A stretch of DNA of 64,000 nucleotides from Phoronis australis (Eukaryota > Animalia > Phoronida): positions 27,391-91,390 of the forward strand of contig NMRA01000663.1 of assembly GCA_002633005.1 (NCBI GenBank), written 5' to 3'. Below are positions 1-14,177 of the stretch, one piece after another. The translations under genes and the position numbers were made by a program. Under the pieces are notes generated by a model, which made no database searches, was not told where the DNA came from, and saw only the letters and a program-made list of their open reading frames with translations. How positions within the stretch are numbered: position 1 is the stretch's first letter; every line of letters begins with the position of its first letter.

Positions 1-95
1 TGAGATATTGCCGTGTATTTTAAATGAGAACACGTGACTTTGACTCGGGTTTAGCTAGGTCCTAGCGTAGGTCCTAGCGTCTACTGAACGCACGC
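1..95. mobile_element. Harbinger/PIF-type MITE, right part (same family as 44513-44663)
   Basis: 1-95 is nearly identical to 44569-44663 and is followed by CAG (96-98), the same 3-bp flank as the full copy. Confidence 0.75.
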
Positions 96-221
96 CAGGT
101 GTACAGTATATGTCACCAATAGGCGGCGTGACAAGTGTCTCATTAAGTGCATTCGGAGCACAAATAAACCTACGCCATGCAGGACGCACTACTAGGTCGC
201 AAGTTTTAATTCCAACAAATT

Positions 222-372
222 CATGGCGGCGCATTATAAGGGGCTGACCCCTCCCCCCACACTTATTTCAGTGCTGCACCGCCCGTGGTCACATAGGCGG
301 CGCACCATACTATAGGGGGCTGGGGGGACTACAGTCCCCACTTCTAGTATTTCAGGTGCTACGCCGCCCATG
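222..372. mobile_element. MITE with CA..TG termini and 5-bp TSD (hAT5-like)
   Basis: TIRs CATGGCGGCG / CGCCGCCCATG, flanked by AAATT at 217-221 and 373-377. Confidence 0.7.
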
Positions 373-1166
373 AAATTGTAGGCCTAGTAGGCCCTACAAT
401 TCACACGCCTGTGATCCATGCGCAGTACTACAACTTTCTGAGAATCGAAATCAATTACGTGGCTTGACCCAAGATGAATTAGGCCTACTGGTCCAATACT
501 GACGTTAGTAAATTTGGAACTGTTGTAGAATAAAGGATCCATGTTCCCAACAGCACACCAGTATCAAGGTTGCCATGGTTTCAGCGTGGCATTGCCTTTA
601 GGTATAATTAACACATGTTCATTAGCAACTTCAATCCCATCTCGTTACACTTCCTGTCATTGATATGACGCACAGTATTTACCGTTGCTGAGTCCTTATT
701 TTTTACCATTTTATTGTTTTTGAATTGTTTGGAAGAGAACCTGCACAAGCTACACAATTTCAGGGCGTCTACAGTCCAATTGTTTAGCTATTTGTATGCA
801 TATGACACCTAGTATTTGTAGTTGCTGGGTCTTTAATTTTCACTGTTCTATTGTTTTTGGATTGTTTGGACAAGAGAAGGAGTTTTCACAAAGTCTCACT
901 TGAAATTTCAAGTTTAGTCCACCAACTGAACACGTTGAAGTTATCTGCACAGTGATTGTCAGTGGTTCTGATTTTTCTGTGGGAGCACCGATGAAATTTT
1001 CCGCAATAATTGTTAGGGCATATAAAGACACGCGGGTTTGGGGGAATTTTCCTATGCGGGTCAAAGATCGTGATTTGATTCGACGTATAACATAAAAATA
1101 CAAACGTTCGATCTGTTTTTAAAACAGCCTCACCAAGTAAGTACTGTATACTCGTTAGGAAATCTG

Positions 1167-1262
1167 AATTGTGTTTACAACACGTGGTTGGATTCATGAA
1201 ACATGACTTACTCGGAATTGTGTATACAACACTTGCCGGGTTGGATTCATGAAGCATGACTC
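1167..1262. repeat. ~50-bp tandem duplication (2 copies)
   Basis: aattgtgt(t/a)tacaacac...ttggattcatgaa(a/g)catgact occurs twice. Confidence 0.65.
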
Positions 1263-2232
1263 AGGGACGTTTATGGGCCTCATTCTTTCTCACGTCCTCC
1301 GATGTACGAGCGCTAGTCTCTTACCCTACGTTGGACGTCTTGTTTTACGTCAACTTGGGAAAGCCTTAAATTCGCGTTGTCCTTACCGTTCGTGAATGGA
1401 ATTAATTCACGTGCCGTGAGGTGCCCTGAGGGTTTATCCCATAGGACGGGTTGATAGGACGCGGACCTTGCCGGATATTTTGTATTTCTCATCGGTGATA
1501 TCGTTTTGTGGATTGCAACAGTAGAAATGGTGACAGGGAGGACACTGGAATTATCACTCTAGATTTTTTTCATCAAATTGGATTGTCTTCGGTAATCGCC
1601 TCCTGGTTGCTCAGGTGTGGAAATAAGTTCATTGAAGCGACAGTTACACATTCGAATATCCGGCATCTTGAAGTTCTTCTCTGTATTACGTTTTCTCAGA
1701 GCCCTGAGCAGTGAAATCTCTTTAGCCTACACGGAGGGATCTTGCTGCCGGGAGATGGGGGTTGACAAAGTATTTTGATTCGTAGACCTACCATGCGACC
1801 GGGTTTTATTGTTGAACATTGTCACTGCCCATTAAGATTGCGTAAACGTTATGTGTATTGAATAAGAGCCATCAATTTTGAGCTCCCAGCTTATCTTTGA
1901 ATGTTTTCACTAACTATAGCTATGTTTTGAAAGAAAGTTGGTCACAAAACACTTCTGTTATTTGAAAGGCAAGCGCAAACACGCAGTCGAAACGGTAACA
2001 TGTGCTATTGAAAAATCCTTGTATTCGATGTTTTTGCTTTTTATTGTACCTTTCTAACTTCAATACGGAAACGTAATACAATCGTACATTCATAAACACA
2101 CATACGAATAACCCGACACGGTTCACAACATTGAACATTGTCGAAATAATAGTGGTATCTTTGTAGACAAAATAATAACTGTTATTAAACGGTAGTCGTG
2201 TAATCTCTCAGAGAGCGTGGGATAAAATTGAC

Positions 2233-2348
2233 AAGTGTTTACCCCGCAACCATAACATAACGGCGAACTACGACAGAGCTTAGCTTGAAAATAAGAGTGT
2301 TTACCCCGCAACCGTAACATAACAGAGAACTGCAGTGGAGCTTGAAAC
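2233..2348. repeat. ~63-bp tandem duplication (2 copies)
   Basis: agtgtttaccccgcaacc(a/g)taacataac...agcttgaaa occurs twice. Confidence 0.65.
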
Positions 2349-3572
2349 TACGTGTCATGGGATGTGATCTTCAGTTACTAATCGTGAGGAAAGTAGAGGT
2401 ACGGTGACTGTATGTTTCATTTTGGCAAAAATGACCATCTGAGAACTTTATTTCATTCTAATCTTCGAACTACTCGGCCGAAAATATGAGAAATCTGGTG
2501 GTATACATGATTTTTGTGGGGTTAGAATAGGCCTATCTTTAGACATATTACATGAACTTGCTTCGACGCAGACGATTCAGAATGAAGTCTAACAATACCT
2601 TAGTCTCTATCAGGTTGGTGAAGCCAGATTCGTTCGGTAAATAACGTTAAGCTTCATCCATTAAACGTGACACTCTAAACCCACCTTTTTCAAGAGTCAA
2701 CCTTTTGACACACCCTGGCTAAAATGTCTTACTATATTTACTCTCGAACATCCAACGGCATACCGTCTGCCATCCACGTTCTCGGTAAATCCTTTTTTGT
2801 CATCCTCAGGGTATAAATATCTGTAGAAACCCTACCCGGCGTCTTGGTGATCTGTACCCTACGCAAGTAAGAAGAATTTTATTCTATTCATATTATATTC
2901 CGATGGCTTTTTTAGACGTGGAAGGAGGTTCAGAATAATTCGTGACACACCTATTAGGTGGTATTTGCCTTCCTATTAACCGGAAAGTGTAATGTTAAAG
3001 CCAATAAAAAGCCCACGAGAAAGAATAACGGATAATTGTAGCAAGGAAACTGTTCAGTGGTAGGCTAACCATCTATTCACAGGACAATACTAAGAACTTC
3101 AGTTAAGTGGCTTAAACTCGATTATTTGTATTTCGTGAAAATTCACGTATTGATGGGACTCCCAGCCTGAGAAATCAGCATTGATGTAAAAAAATCAGTT
3201 GTTTCGGGAATTCCTTAGGTTAAGCCCCAAGTCTCTGAAAGGCACATATTATTTAATTTTTGGTACCCTCAAATTAGTTGAAAAGAACGAAGGACCTATA
3301 AACGGAAAATGCACTACTCATTTAATGGGGATGGGTGTTTGCTAAGTTGCTAGCTTATTCATGAAGGGGCGTAATGGTTAAAAACGGAGTCTAAAAATGA
3401 TGGCATCGTGACTGACTGTATACGTGGGATTAAAGCCTTGTTTTGACTAACACTCCGCGGCTATTTTATCATTCAATCTGTTACATTCTACAAACCCTGA
3501 GGAATTACAAATGATACAAGAAGTCAACATTGTGCCACCTAGTGGTGATTGACTGTAACATTGTGTGAATGA

Positions 3573-3667
3573 CTGGCAGTCAACGGCCAAAATTGGCGAT
3601 TCGCCATAATATCACAAAAAACACAGCTGGTTTTATTGTTTTATAGCTCTGGTCAAAGCTGTAACTC
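3573..3667. repeat. Dispersed repeat, inverted copy at ~7681-7775
   Basis: tgttttatagctctggtcaaagc (~3638-3660) is the reverse complement of gctttgaccagagctataaaaca (~7689-7711); weaker homology extends ~90 bp. Confidence 0.55.
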
Positions 3668-5464
3668 CAACAAGTGTAGGCCTATCCCATGCAATAATAA
3701 TTCAAAAATGTATTTTTGGCCGTTTATACGATAATGTCCCTGGGAAACATGGATCTTGACGTGGCTGCACTGTTTGCTTCATGAAAAACAGTGTTTGTGG
3801 TTTGCACTATTTTGGCGGAAGTTTCGATCTGTCTGTTTGCAAAATTGCAGAGATTGAGAGTATTCGTGCATCACTTATTTCGGAGAGTTGTTAAGAACCA
3901 TGTTGAACTTAAAACAACAACTTGCGCCAGTGTGGAAAGGTTCAAAACTGAAAATACCGCTAATGTTTTGTTAACTTTTTCGTAAACAAAGTAGTGGCGA
4001 TATGACGTACCGTAAACCCCAAGACCGTCAACTTTCATACGTGACGGCTAAGGCAACGGAAATCTTTAAAATCAATATAAGTTACGAAGTGAAGAGAACA
4101 CATCTGACATTTGATCCGAGATAATATGTTGTTTAGACTGGGAATTACTGCCGGTTTTATGTAAATACTACCGCCACCACTCCACAAGAGGATTACTGCC
4201 TGGTGCGCTACTTGACTGACAGAGATATCATGAGGATCATATGCACAAGTCGTGTTAATTTAAGTTAACATCGGTCTCCCGGCTGACTTTGGATATATAA
4301 CGTCCTCACGTGCGGAAAGGAGCATTCGGTTAAACCGATCGTGATTCAGGACACGTGAGCATAATAACGAGCTTACAGTCGTGTAGTGATTGGGACTTTT
4401 TCTATAGTGTCACGTTGCTAGGAAACAACCAAACTGGGTGAGTATCAAGTACGGTAGCAGATGAAAATTGTCATAAACAACAACTTTGATCAGTAAACAT
4501 ATTTATTTTGCATTTTGACATATAGTATATCGTATATGGTTCATGAAATGCGAGTGTTATGTGACTTTGAACCCGTAATCATTGCCGTTATGCGTTTAAC
4601 AAAAGTTTTCCCATGAAATCAATTTGTCGCTATCAAATTTGAATTAACGTATTTTTCAAACGAAGTTTTTCTACGCAAATATTTTTGCAGGGAAAAACAA
4701 TCAGAATTCTGTAAAGAACTAAGTGCGTGTGAGTCATTCCTTTATCCTTTGATGGTTAGTTGTATTACTTGTAGTTGCTTGGTGAAATTACTGAAAACAC
4801 TGTAAAATCAATCGACTATTAGGGCGCAGCAAATGAAAGTGGCGAGTTTATTTCCGATTTTACTAAACCCTGTTGTAATTGTTCCTACTAAGAAAGCTTT
4901 CTAATATTTGGATAGAGTCAATTTATTGGCAAATAACTGGTTCATTAAACTTTAAGTTCTGCAGTTAGTGATTATTGAAACTTCATTGGTTTTCCGTCCA
5001 CTTCTGTTGTCAATCGATAGCGGCTGTTTAATTTCGTTAACAGATGTTAATAACAAGATAGTTAATTTACTATAACATCGATCAAAAACCAGGCCTGTGT
5101 TTATTTCGCCTGTGGAACATGTCGTGACTGTGACTGTCTCGGATTACGAAAGGTAAATTCAAACCTTTTTTTTTGTATTGAAATTGTGCGAGACGTGACA
5201 TTTTAGATAGACCAAAATCATTCCGGTTGTCGTTATACCGACATCAATGTTTGGTAAAGTGTATTTTAAGTCTGACAGACAACTGAGAAAAAAATACAAC
5301 GACATGCCCTGGTTTTAGTAACAATTATCTACGTGTGAATGGAATGAATACTTGTGATCCTATAAAAATATGAGTTCGCTTTGGGATGTACAAATGTGCG
5401 ATAGGCTGATTAGGAATTACTTAAGTGCCGCATCTCAGAACGTCTGGCGCCTATTCAGACTTTA

Positions 5465-6612
5465 GGCCTGTTCATGCGACTCTTTCTTGCAGAAATTTTT
5501 GCGCAATACTTTGTGGAATCGGGATTGCGGAAAAATTATCGCGCAAACGCAAAAATACCGCAATTCCAGTTTCACCAAATTTTTGCAGATTTTTGCGGAA
5601 TTTATTGCGGAAAACGCTCCTGACCAGGGGCGGATCCAGGGTTTTGAGTTAGGGGGGCAGGGCACAGGAATAACCAGAATTTCGGCAGATACGCGCGCCC
5701 AGCCCTAAAACCTAAAATGTAGGGATGCAGGGCTTTCGAATTATTGGGTTTGCGAACATTTTGACTAAAATAAAAACGGCAAACGGGGTTTGTTCAGGGC
5801 CTACGCATTGTTTCTTCACCCCCCGAGCTCCCCTGGTTGCGCGCATTTACTAGTCAGCAATTCGCACCCGAACTGCCAAATGATATTTGGTAGAACTCTA
5901 GGGGGGCCATGGTCCCCTTGCCCCCCCNNNNNNNNNNNNNNNNNNNNNNNNNNNNNNNNNNNNNNNNNNNNNNNNNNNNNNNNNNNNNNNNNNNNNNNNN
6001 NNNNNNNNNNNNNNNNNNNNNNNNNNNNNNNNNNNNNNNNNNNNNNNNNNNNNNNNNNNNNNNNNNNNNNNNNNNNNNNNNNNNNNNNNNNNNNNNNNNN
6101 NNNNNNNNNNNNNNNNNNNNNNNNNNNNNNNNNNNNNNNNNNNNNNNNNNNNNNNNNNNNNNNNNNNNNNNNNNNNNNNNNNNNNNNNNNNNNNNNNNNN
6201 NNNGCATTCCCGCTTTATTTCCAAAAAGTCTAGAAATCTCTGTTATCTCGCTATAAAAAAATTGGTTTATCTGAAAATGTGGTCTGGCGCAGAGATTGAA
6301 TTACTCATCGGCTTGTGGCGGGAAACCGTAGTGGATGTCCAGCAGTCAGGGACGAAGAAGGATGGGCCGGCTTTCGGTTAGAATCAGGAACGAAGTTGAG
6401 GTATCAGGCAAAGTTCATTTCTGTTCAATCAGTTGACGAGTCACGAGTCCTTGCAAATAGCTGCTTTTCCTCCGTTGGTATTTTCAGTTGCTAGAATAAT
6501 ACAGAAATTGAGGAATTGACAAGAGTCGCATGAACGCTCGCAGATTGCGGAAATTTTGACTGAACGAAATTGCCCATTTTTTCCGCAAAGCTTTTCCTCA
6601 AGTGAACGGGCC
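5465..6612 (+). mobile_element. PIF/Harbinger non-autonomous deletion derivative with Myb/SANT-like relic and a nested MITE
   Basis: TIRs GGCCTGTTCA / TGAACGGGCC with TTA TSD (5462-64, 6613-15); sub-terminal inverted gttcatgcgactct/agagtcgcatgaac; internal 6277-6381 reads MWSGAEIELLIGLWRE..., the W-x3-E-x3-L-I-x-L-W start of Harbinger Myb/SANT-like proteins. Spans an assembly gap. Confidence 0.7.
5625..5927. mobile_element. CAGGGGCGGATCCAG-type MITE nested in the Harbinger element, truncated by gap
   Basis: Homologous to 22784-23056 and to 39226-39380. Confidence 0.7.
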
Positions 6613-9600
6613 TTATATTTTGTACAAACCAATAAAAAATGTTCATGGTATTAAATTGGGCAGATGTTACACGAGATCATAACATCTTACCTTATTATAC
6701 CTCTACATAAGAAATGACACATTTCAAACTGAAACTCGCATTTGGCTTAATTATGGTCAACCGTCTTTATTTTCTCCCAACCTGTGAGACCACGCAAACA
6801 ATAAATGTTTATGGGAAAACAGAGACCACGCTTAAGTTCTCAAATGAAATATAGTGGGTGTAAATATCTCAATTTAACTCCATAATCCATGTGTCCTTGC
6901 TTTGTTCATGCATATGAACTTTCAGCCTCGTCAGAGCCGATTTCATGATCATGAATTTAATCCAAGTCATGTCCTAATACCTTAATTTCCCAGATGTAGG
7001 CCTACATGTACTGTATTGTTATTCAACGTAATCACTTCCAGTTTTCATTCGTCATCCCGTGCCGTCTTGAAATACCTTGAAAACGGGTCTTCACCAATAG
7101 ATGACGTATTTGTCGTAGCATTACTGAAGTTATTGCCATAAAACAACGTGACAAATGCTCGTTCAATGTGTCAAATAACATAGAGTCAATTATACTTAAG
7201 GGCACGACTAAAAACACTGGCTCAAAACAGTTGCCGTTGGTTAGTAACCGCCAAATACCCGGCGGCCACATGAGTAAATTTTAAAGACAATTGTTAGCCT
7301 CTGCTTAAAATCTCATGTTTCAGCATTTACAAGTTAACAATGAGCAGTTACAGCCAATTGTTTGTAAGGTGACTGTTTTTATCGGAATCGACAACGGCGT
7401 GTTTTGATCCCAATTTGCAGCAACCCTTTAATGAAAACATTTTGCTGGCTCATTTCAGCTTACTAAACAAACTGATAATTTATCAATGATAACTTGTTGC
7501 CTTTAGTCTCGTGGCTGAGCACTAGTCACTTCCGATGATTTTTCGCGATGTGCGTGATCATATGACGTCCTTAGTTGAAATATTCCTTTGGCTCAGGTAT
7601 CAATGGACGTTTTTGGAGACACTCTCGGTGTTAGGGCAAACGCAGTTTGGAAGTGCTGTTGGATAGGGTTGCCTTCTTTAAGTTATAGGCTTTGACCAGA
7701 GCTATAAAACACGAAGATTCCGATGTGTTTGTGAGACTTCATTGCAAATCAGCAATTCTCCCCTTTGGCTGCCAGTGTCATTCGCTGAAATTAAGGCCGC
7801 TGACTTAACCAGTTAAATTCGCTTGAAATACTTCGCCATTCATCGTGTGGTGTTTAGCTCCTCCTGGTTCCAGCAAACTGTATGATTACGACCACTTTAG
7901 TGTTTATCTCATAAAATCATTTTTCTCCCCAACAATTTAATTTCAAGAAAATGCTGAAACATTGTTATAAATAATTGTTGCTGTGGACAGGACTGGTGAA
8001 ACAACGTTATTAGGTTATTACCTCCAAGACATGAAGAATAAACAAGATGAAGAATTCTTTTTTCCATTTTTGGCTCTGGAAAATTTGCTCTCCACATTTA
8101 ATGTTGGCGATTGTACAAATACGTCGCGAAATGAATTCGCTCGTAGGATTTTCATAAAGTTATCTTATCTCGTCCTAGGTTTACAAGTGCCAATAAGATA
8201 TATGTAAACTCAAATGAAATAAATGGTTGTTAGCTTTGATCTTCAACGTCAGATTATCATTCTAAAACAAGGGGTAATGTTGGAGGATGCATTTGAGACA
8301 GGGCATCCAGATGCCTATTAAGTGCAAATTCACGGTAAGTTACATTTCTTTATCAACGTAAATTGTTTTTTATTCTTCAGGCGTGCGATAGGAAAAAAAT
8401 CTAAAAGACGTGGCGTAGAAGTAGAAATACGAGCTTAAGCCAAATGCCTCAAATGCCAGTAAACCGAGATTGATGTTGATTATGCGAAATCAAAGAAAAG
8501 TATTTATTGAAACATGCCATGCAGTTGGGGTTGCTCATTCAATCGTTACGTTGACGTGAGATATGCACTAAATTTAGTCAGGCAGCTGGCTGAACGCGCA
8601 CCTCTTCTTCTACGCCAAGCCTTACACTGCCAAGTGTACGAAATGCATGCAAAATGTTGTGTTGAGGGAGAGTGCTAGTGCGAACATCCAATGTGACTTG
8701 CATTAATGACAGAGAAAACGCGGTAAATCTACATGAAATTAACCGTAACTGTCTGACACTCGTAACCAATGTGAAATCGATTAGCGCTAAATAACGGCCT
8801 ATTGACGTTCATAAATTTTGCTCATCAAATGTTAATATAATCTAGGAATAACTGCTGTATTGGCGCCAAACAGCAAACTCATGCGTAGAAAATCTTTAAT
8901 AATAAAACACGAATTGTGTGATACTTCCGTGACTCCGTAGGGAACAGTATCTGTCTGTGACTTCATATAAAGACCCTAGGGACGTCAAAAGCATTTTTAT
9001 AATAAAGGTGTGAATTCATTGTTTTTATCCCCATTGAAAGTGTTGTACTTGGGTTGACGTACCATTAGCATCGCCCGTATTGCGTACTGTTTCAAAACCT
9101 TGAACATTTCGTTTTTTGCAATTACTTTGCCATGTCATTTCACTTTCTTACTGCATTCGATACTTTTCTTTTTCGATGTAATACCGCCGGCAGTTATCCC
9201 GAAAGGATAACATAAATGACTATTACTGATCCGTAAAAGAGATACAGCCATAGGTGAGGAAAACGAGAAGGCACGAACTTCACTACTTATCACTAGCTCC
9301 CTATATAGCAGACGAAATCCATTCGTTGCCAGGCAACAAGTATGCATACTGTTACATCACACCGTGGGGTATTGTTTACCTGTCTCGGCTAGATATTTCC
9401 TCGACAACGTCATTATGGTTTTAATGTGCTTAAAGGCTCACTCTCTGCATTTCTCTGGCTTTGTGTTTACACCTTCATTCGGAAATTGAAAAGTCAATAA
9501 ACACCGAACTTCACACTGTCACACTTCCGTCTCCGCTGCGCAGCATCTACTTGTATCCAAAGACTATTGAAGCTGAACTATCCTCGTGAGACAGAGCAGT

Positions 9601-12600
9601 GCGCCTCCTTTATTTGGTTACATATCTCGGAATATTAACTTACTATTTGCTTTAAAGGTATAACGTACTAAAATGTTGTTCACTGCGGATCTGGATACTA
9701 TGTTTGAACACCTGAAAAAACGCCAGAGTTAAAAGCCACCGTGCTGTTTTGAATTGTAATGGAAGAGTAAACTGGCTGTAAACCCACGTTGCGTCAAAGA
9801 CGGTCGCCTTTTATTTACACCATTTACCGTTGTAAAAGTGGGCTCAACTTGTACCTTAAAATCAGACGAGAAGCGATTTCCGGGTTTATAAAACACTAAC
9901 AGTTCTTATTTCTTGAGAACAAGTTCTGTGCATGAAATGACCCGCCGTAACAAGAGCATGGTCTCAAGCAGTAACGAGCTATTACTTCTCTGCAGTTATA
10001 TTTACTTTGAGTAGGCTTAGGGAAATGTTTGAGACCAATTTGGTACTAGCAAATGATCTAAATCAAACGTTGCTTTTTGTGATGCAAGGTAGGTTTATAA
10101 TCTCTTTAACTGAATCCCGTGTGTATGAGCCTCCAGTACACATTTAGAAAATTGGGTAAAAATGAACTCTTTGGCTTACTTCTACACGATTTTACTTCTT
10201 ACATCTCGCGCAGTAAAAAATCTAACAAATAGAGTGTAAAATTGATAAAATCTTATCCAACCCCGTCCAACCTCATTTAATACAATTTGCGACAATTCCT
10301 TTGTGACAATATGTAACACGTATTACACTACATATGTATGACCGAAGTATATTATGTATATATGTACCGAATCATGTAGGATTCTGCGCGATGTAGGAAT
10401 ATTGCTACGCTGGTTCAAAACATGTATCTACTACACGAATGCAAACGTAAGTCAATGACGTTGATCCGCGGAAACCGTGACAAATATAACATCGACTGCG
10501 GAACCATCTCAGCCAAACAACAAAATACAACACAAAACACTCATGTTCTTCTCGAGATTTCACACCTTTTTTGGCCCATCGTCAATTGTGATTGCACGCG
10601 TTGATGTGGGAGATCCGGTGAGGAAATGAAAATCGATCCTCTACTACAACACTATAGCCTGAGGTTACATAATAACATAACACGTGGTTGGAAACATTTG
10701 TTGCTTTTTCATGCAGTAACTGCGCCTTATACGTCATTGGGTCATTAAAATTTCTGTAGACAAGTACTGTACGCCCTAACCGTTCAAGTCCAGTATAACT
10801 TCTGGTTAATTATTGATGACAGAGCAACGGGTTTTCTCCGATTTAATTGAGTGGTCGTGTTTATAATCGATTGCATCAACATTTGCCATGTCACTGTATT
10901 TCGTTATAAGTAAGTCATCCTTGATGACGAGGCTAAGCTCCCGACACCAGGGCAACAGCAAAGAAACACCGTAACCTGATCTCTAAAATCTCGGTTTCAA
11001 ATGTAAATACGCAGTGTTGTTTTCTTACATAAAGTCAACATATCGAGTTATACCTAATGAGCTCATGCATGTTTGTTTTTAACCTAAGAAGGTGGGTTGG
11101 AGTGCTATAATGGACCCGGCCTTTTACGGATAAAGAATTGTGGTATATACCTGTCCCTCGCCATCTGTCGGCGGCAAATGTGGTTGTACGTTATCTGGTT
11201 TCTTATTTGGTTGATTTCGTTCGGCTCGACTGCCGGTGTCCCACAATCTATTGCAGATATCACCACAAATCTCGAACCGTAAAAATTGCGCAATGAAAGG
11301 CATTCATTTCTGCAAGAGTGTCAGTAGTATGTTATACGTGCAACAATTTTGATAACATCCTCAATCCAAACCGAAATTGAATCGACAACTTTGTTCGTTC
11401 AAAAGAGTCATTTTAAAGTTATGCATGGGACCTTGTCGATAGCTTGTGTATTTTAGCTAAATATCTACAAAACCCTACTGAGATGTTTAACTCAGTCACA
11501 TTAGCAAGCCTGTACAGTTTGGTTTCTGACTTCACAGCAAATCAAAGGCATCAAAAACATCACCCCAAAATTCGCTAGACATTAACTCCAAAAGTTTTCT
11601 AAATTGACATTTCATTTTTTTTAACTTTTGAGTTGTTTCATAAAACCACAGTATCTCATACAAAAGCTGTGCCTGCCAGTGTGAGAAAGTTTAACCAAAT
11701 GGACGAATGGCATCTCCCTCGAGCAAAGCGCTGGGTGTCACGGAAAGTTTCACTACATATATTATGCAAGGGAAGTTGAAATAAAGTTTTATGGGAGCCA
11801 AAATTACGCACTTTGATAGGATTATAATAGTGTACCTTTATGAGATCACTGAGAGATAAGATGAGCTCCTTAGACTCCACTATAGATTGTTATTACAAAC
11901 CCGCTGGGAAACGTTAACATAATACGTCTTCCTTGACAATTTAATTCCTTTAATCGGCAATAAAGACACGGAAATTGGAGTAATCACATTTTGACCTGTT
12001 GTGGAACTGAATTATACGCATTCGATGAAAAGGCCGACTCGTAAATGTCTTTAGTGACGGCTGTGTAAACACTCGTATCGACTAAACGAACCGAAACAGG
12101 GAGCATCTCTTTTATTTGTGTCGTTTTCTATTAATATATCTGATAACTGAGGCCATGTTTCAATGGAAACAAACGGCGAAGTCCTTAAATTGTCGTCCTT
12201 GCATATAGAAAGGTTCCTCTTTATTTTCAGTAAAATTTAGAATAGAACGAAGAGTTTATCAAAGCTAAATTGCGACCTAGGCATGAAAATGAAATAACAC
12301 AGGAGCAACCATTGTCAGCACAAAGTCCAAAATTGCACTGGACATTTGTGGAACACAGTTGAATCCCTACTGCGAATGTTTCCAGAAATTGCGATCACTG
12401 GAATTGCCGTCTTCAAATAGGGTAGCCTTTAGCTTTATCGAAAAAGATGGCGACTAATATTCAAAAGCTAAATAGGGTCTAATAGTAGCTAAAGTCATAT
12501 AGGTGAATTATTTACGAATACTTAGTTCGTATCTCTCTTGTCATTGAATGTTGAGTTCTCTCTACAGATACACGTCACAATTTTCAAAGCCTTTCTTCGT

Positions 12601-14177
12601 TAAGTGTACGCCCACTGGTGTACGGATTAAAGACTTTTGTCCTAGAAACTCTCCAATATCAAGCTTTCGTCACTCGAAATAGATTTTATTATAAATGAAA
12701 TGCGGATTATCTCACTCGTATCAAACTTTAAACCTTCGTGTCCTATAAATTCATGTGTACGCTATGCGGAGAATGTATTTGGACATACACTTAACTGCAG
12801 AATCACACTAGATACATTAATGCTACATTTAATATATCGCCACCAATCAAGAAGTAGTGATCTATATCGAATATTTCAATAGCGCACCCAACTGAGAAGA
12901 TCGGGGCATCCTCTTGATGCTTTGTTCCCGGCATAAAGACAATTTTTGCCACTCAGAAGCGAGAGTGAATTTTTGGGTTGCATAAAACTCTTCCATTGTA
13001 CCAGTCTGTTCGCTATTCAACCCGCCATATATTATTAAGTGAAGGGTTTTAACGATCGTAGTGGGTCGTGAAAGCTATCGTTGACTGATAGCGTTGAACA
13101 GTCACGCAAAGAATGGCCGTTTCCAGGTAAACAAAGCTCTGTGTGAACTGAAGCATGTTGGGATATGTTCTGAAAAGCTTGTTTCTTGTGACAAAAGCGA
13201 GAACTCGCAAATCTTGACGAGACATTGCCATGCATTACAACCGAACCACGTGATCGCTCTAGCTTTACTCGCGAGTGTCTTGCGAGTTCATGGAACGCGC
13301 CCAGGTTTCACGATATGCTTAGTTAATGTTCAACTCTCCGAGCTAGCACATGCTGCATCCGACGATAGTCTTAATCATGTTAATAGTCTTATTGAATTTA
13401 CTCAAATCAACGAACTTTAAACGATACTTGGAAAATAGGTAAGTGACACGTATTAAATAGACAATCAAGGCGTAAAGTAAATATTCGACAGCTTGTGATA
13501 TGAAAAGTTGAGACCTTCATCGGTTGCATGAAACAGTCTCAAAATTAACTTTCCAATAAGTTCTCTAAATCTTGTCTTTGTTTACTCAATAATGTTATGA
13601 TTTGCTATCACATCATCTTTGCTACGAGCTCCTCTTTTACGGTGTTATTTTCTAACACAATGTGTGAGAACCGAGCCCTTATTTCAATGAAAATTAATAG
13701 AAACTTAATCTTTAAATGAGGGACATTGCAAGAGAAGGGCACTGTTTATTTTCGATAATATTTATATCTCAACACAGTGTTCAATCTCGGTGTCTCTAAG
13801 CTAAAATTGATTTAGTGACGGAGACAAAATAGCATTAGAAAGTTCAATCAGTGTTTTCATAGGTCCACAATTATGGTGAAAAGTTAAGGAATGTAGATGA
13901 ATCCCTATTTGGAACTGTTTCATGCAACCGACAACTGATGAGCGCATTCGGCAACGCAAGTGAAGGCCAGCGCGTGACGTTATCTCGCGAAGACTTGCAT
14001 GATCTCGCTTTTCTCGCAAGAAACTTGCTCTACTGGTCGCAGCCTGTGGAATGTTCGCCTTAAGTATAAAACAATAAATATAAATCACTATTGTGTAGAA
14101 GTAAGAACGCGTTAGAATTTTACATTGCGATTTTCATATACTTTTTGGCTATCAAACGAGCGAGGTCGGAAGCAGAG

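Noticed and set aside
5790-6256. ORFs containing long X runs (also 16527-17366)
   Set aside because: Artefacts of N gaps.
7195-7431. Possible Kolobok-type TTAA-flanked MITEs (also ~9652-9859 and an end at ~50612)
   Set aside because: TIR match limited to a few bases; not enough to call.
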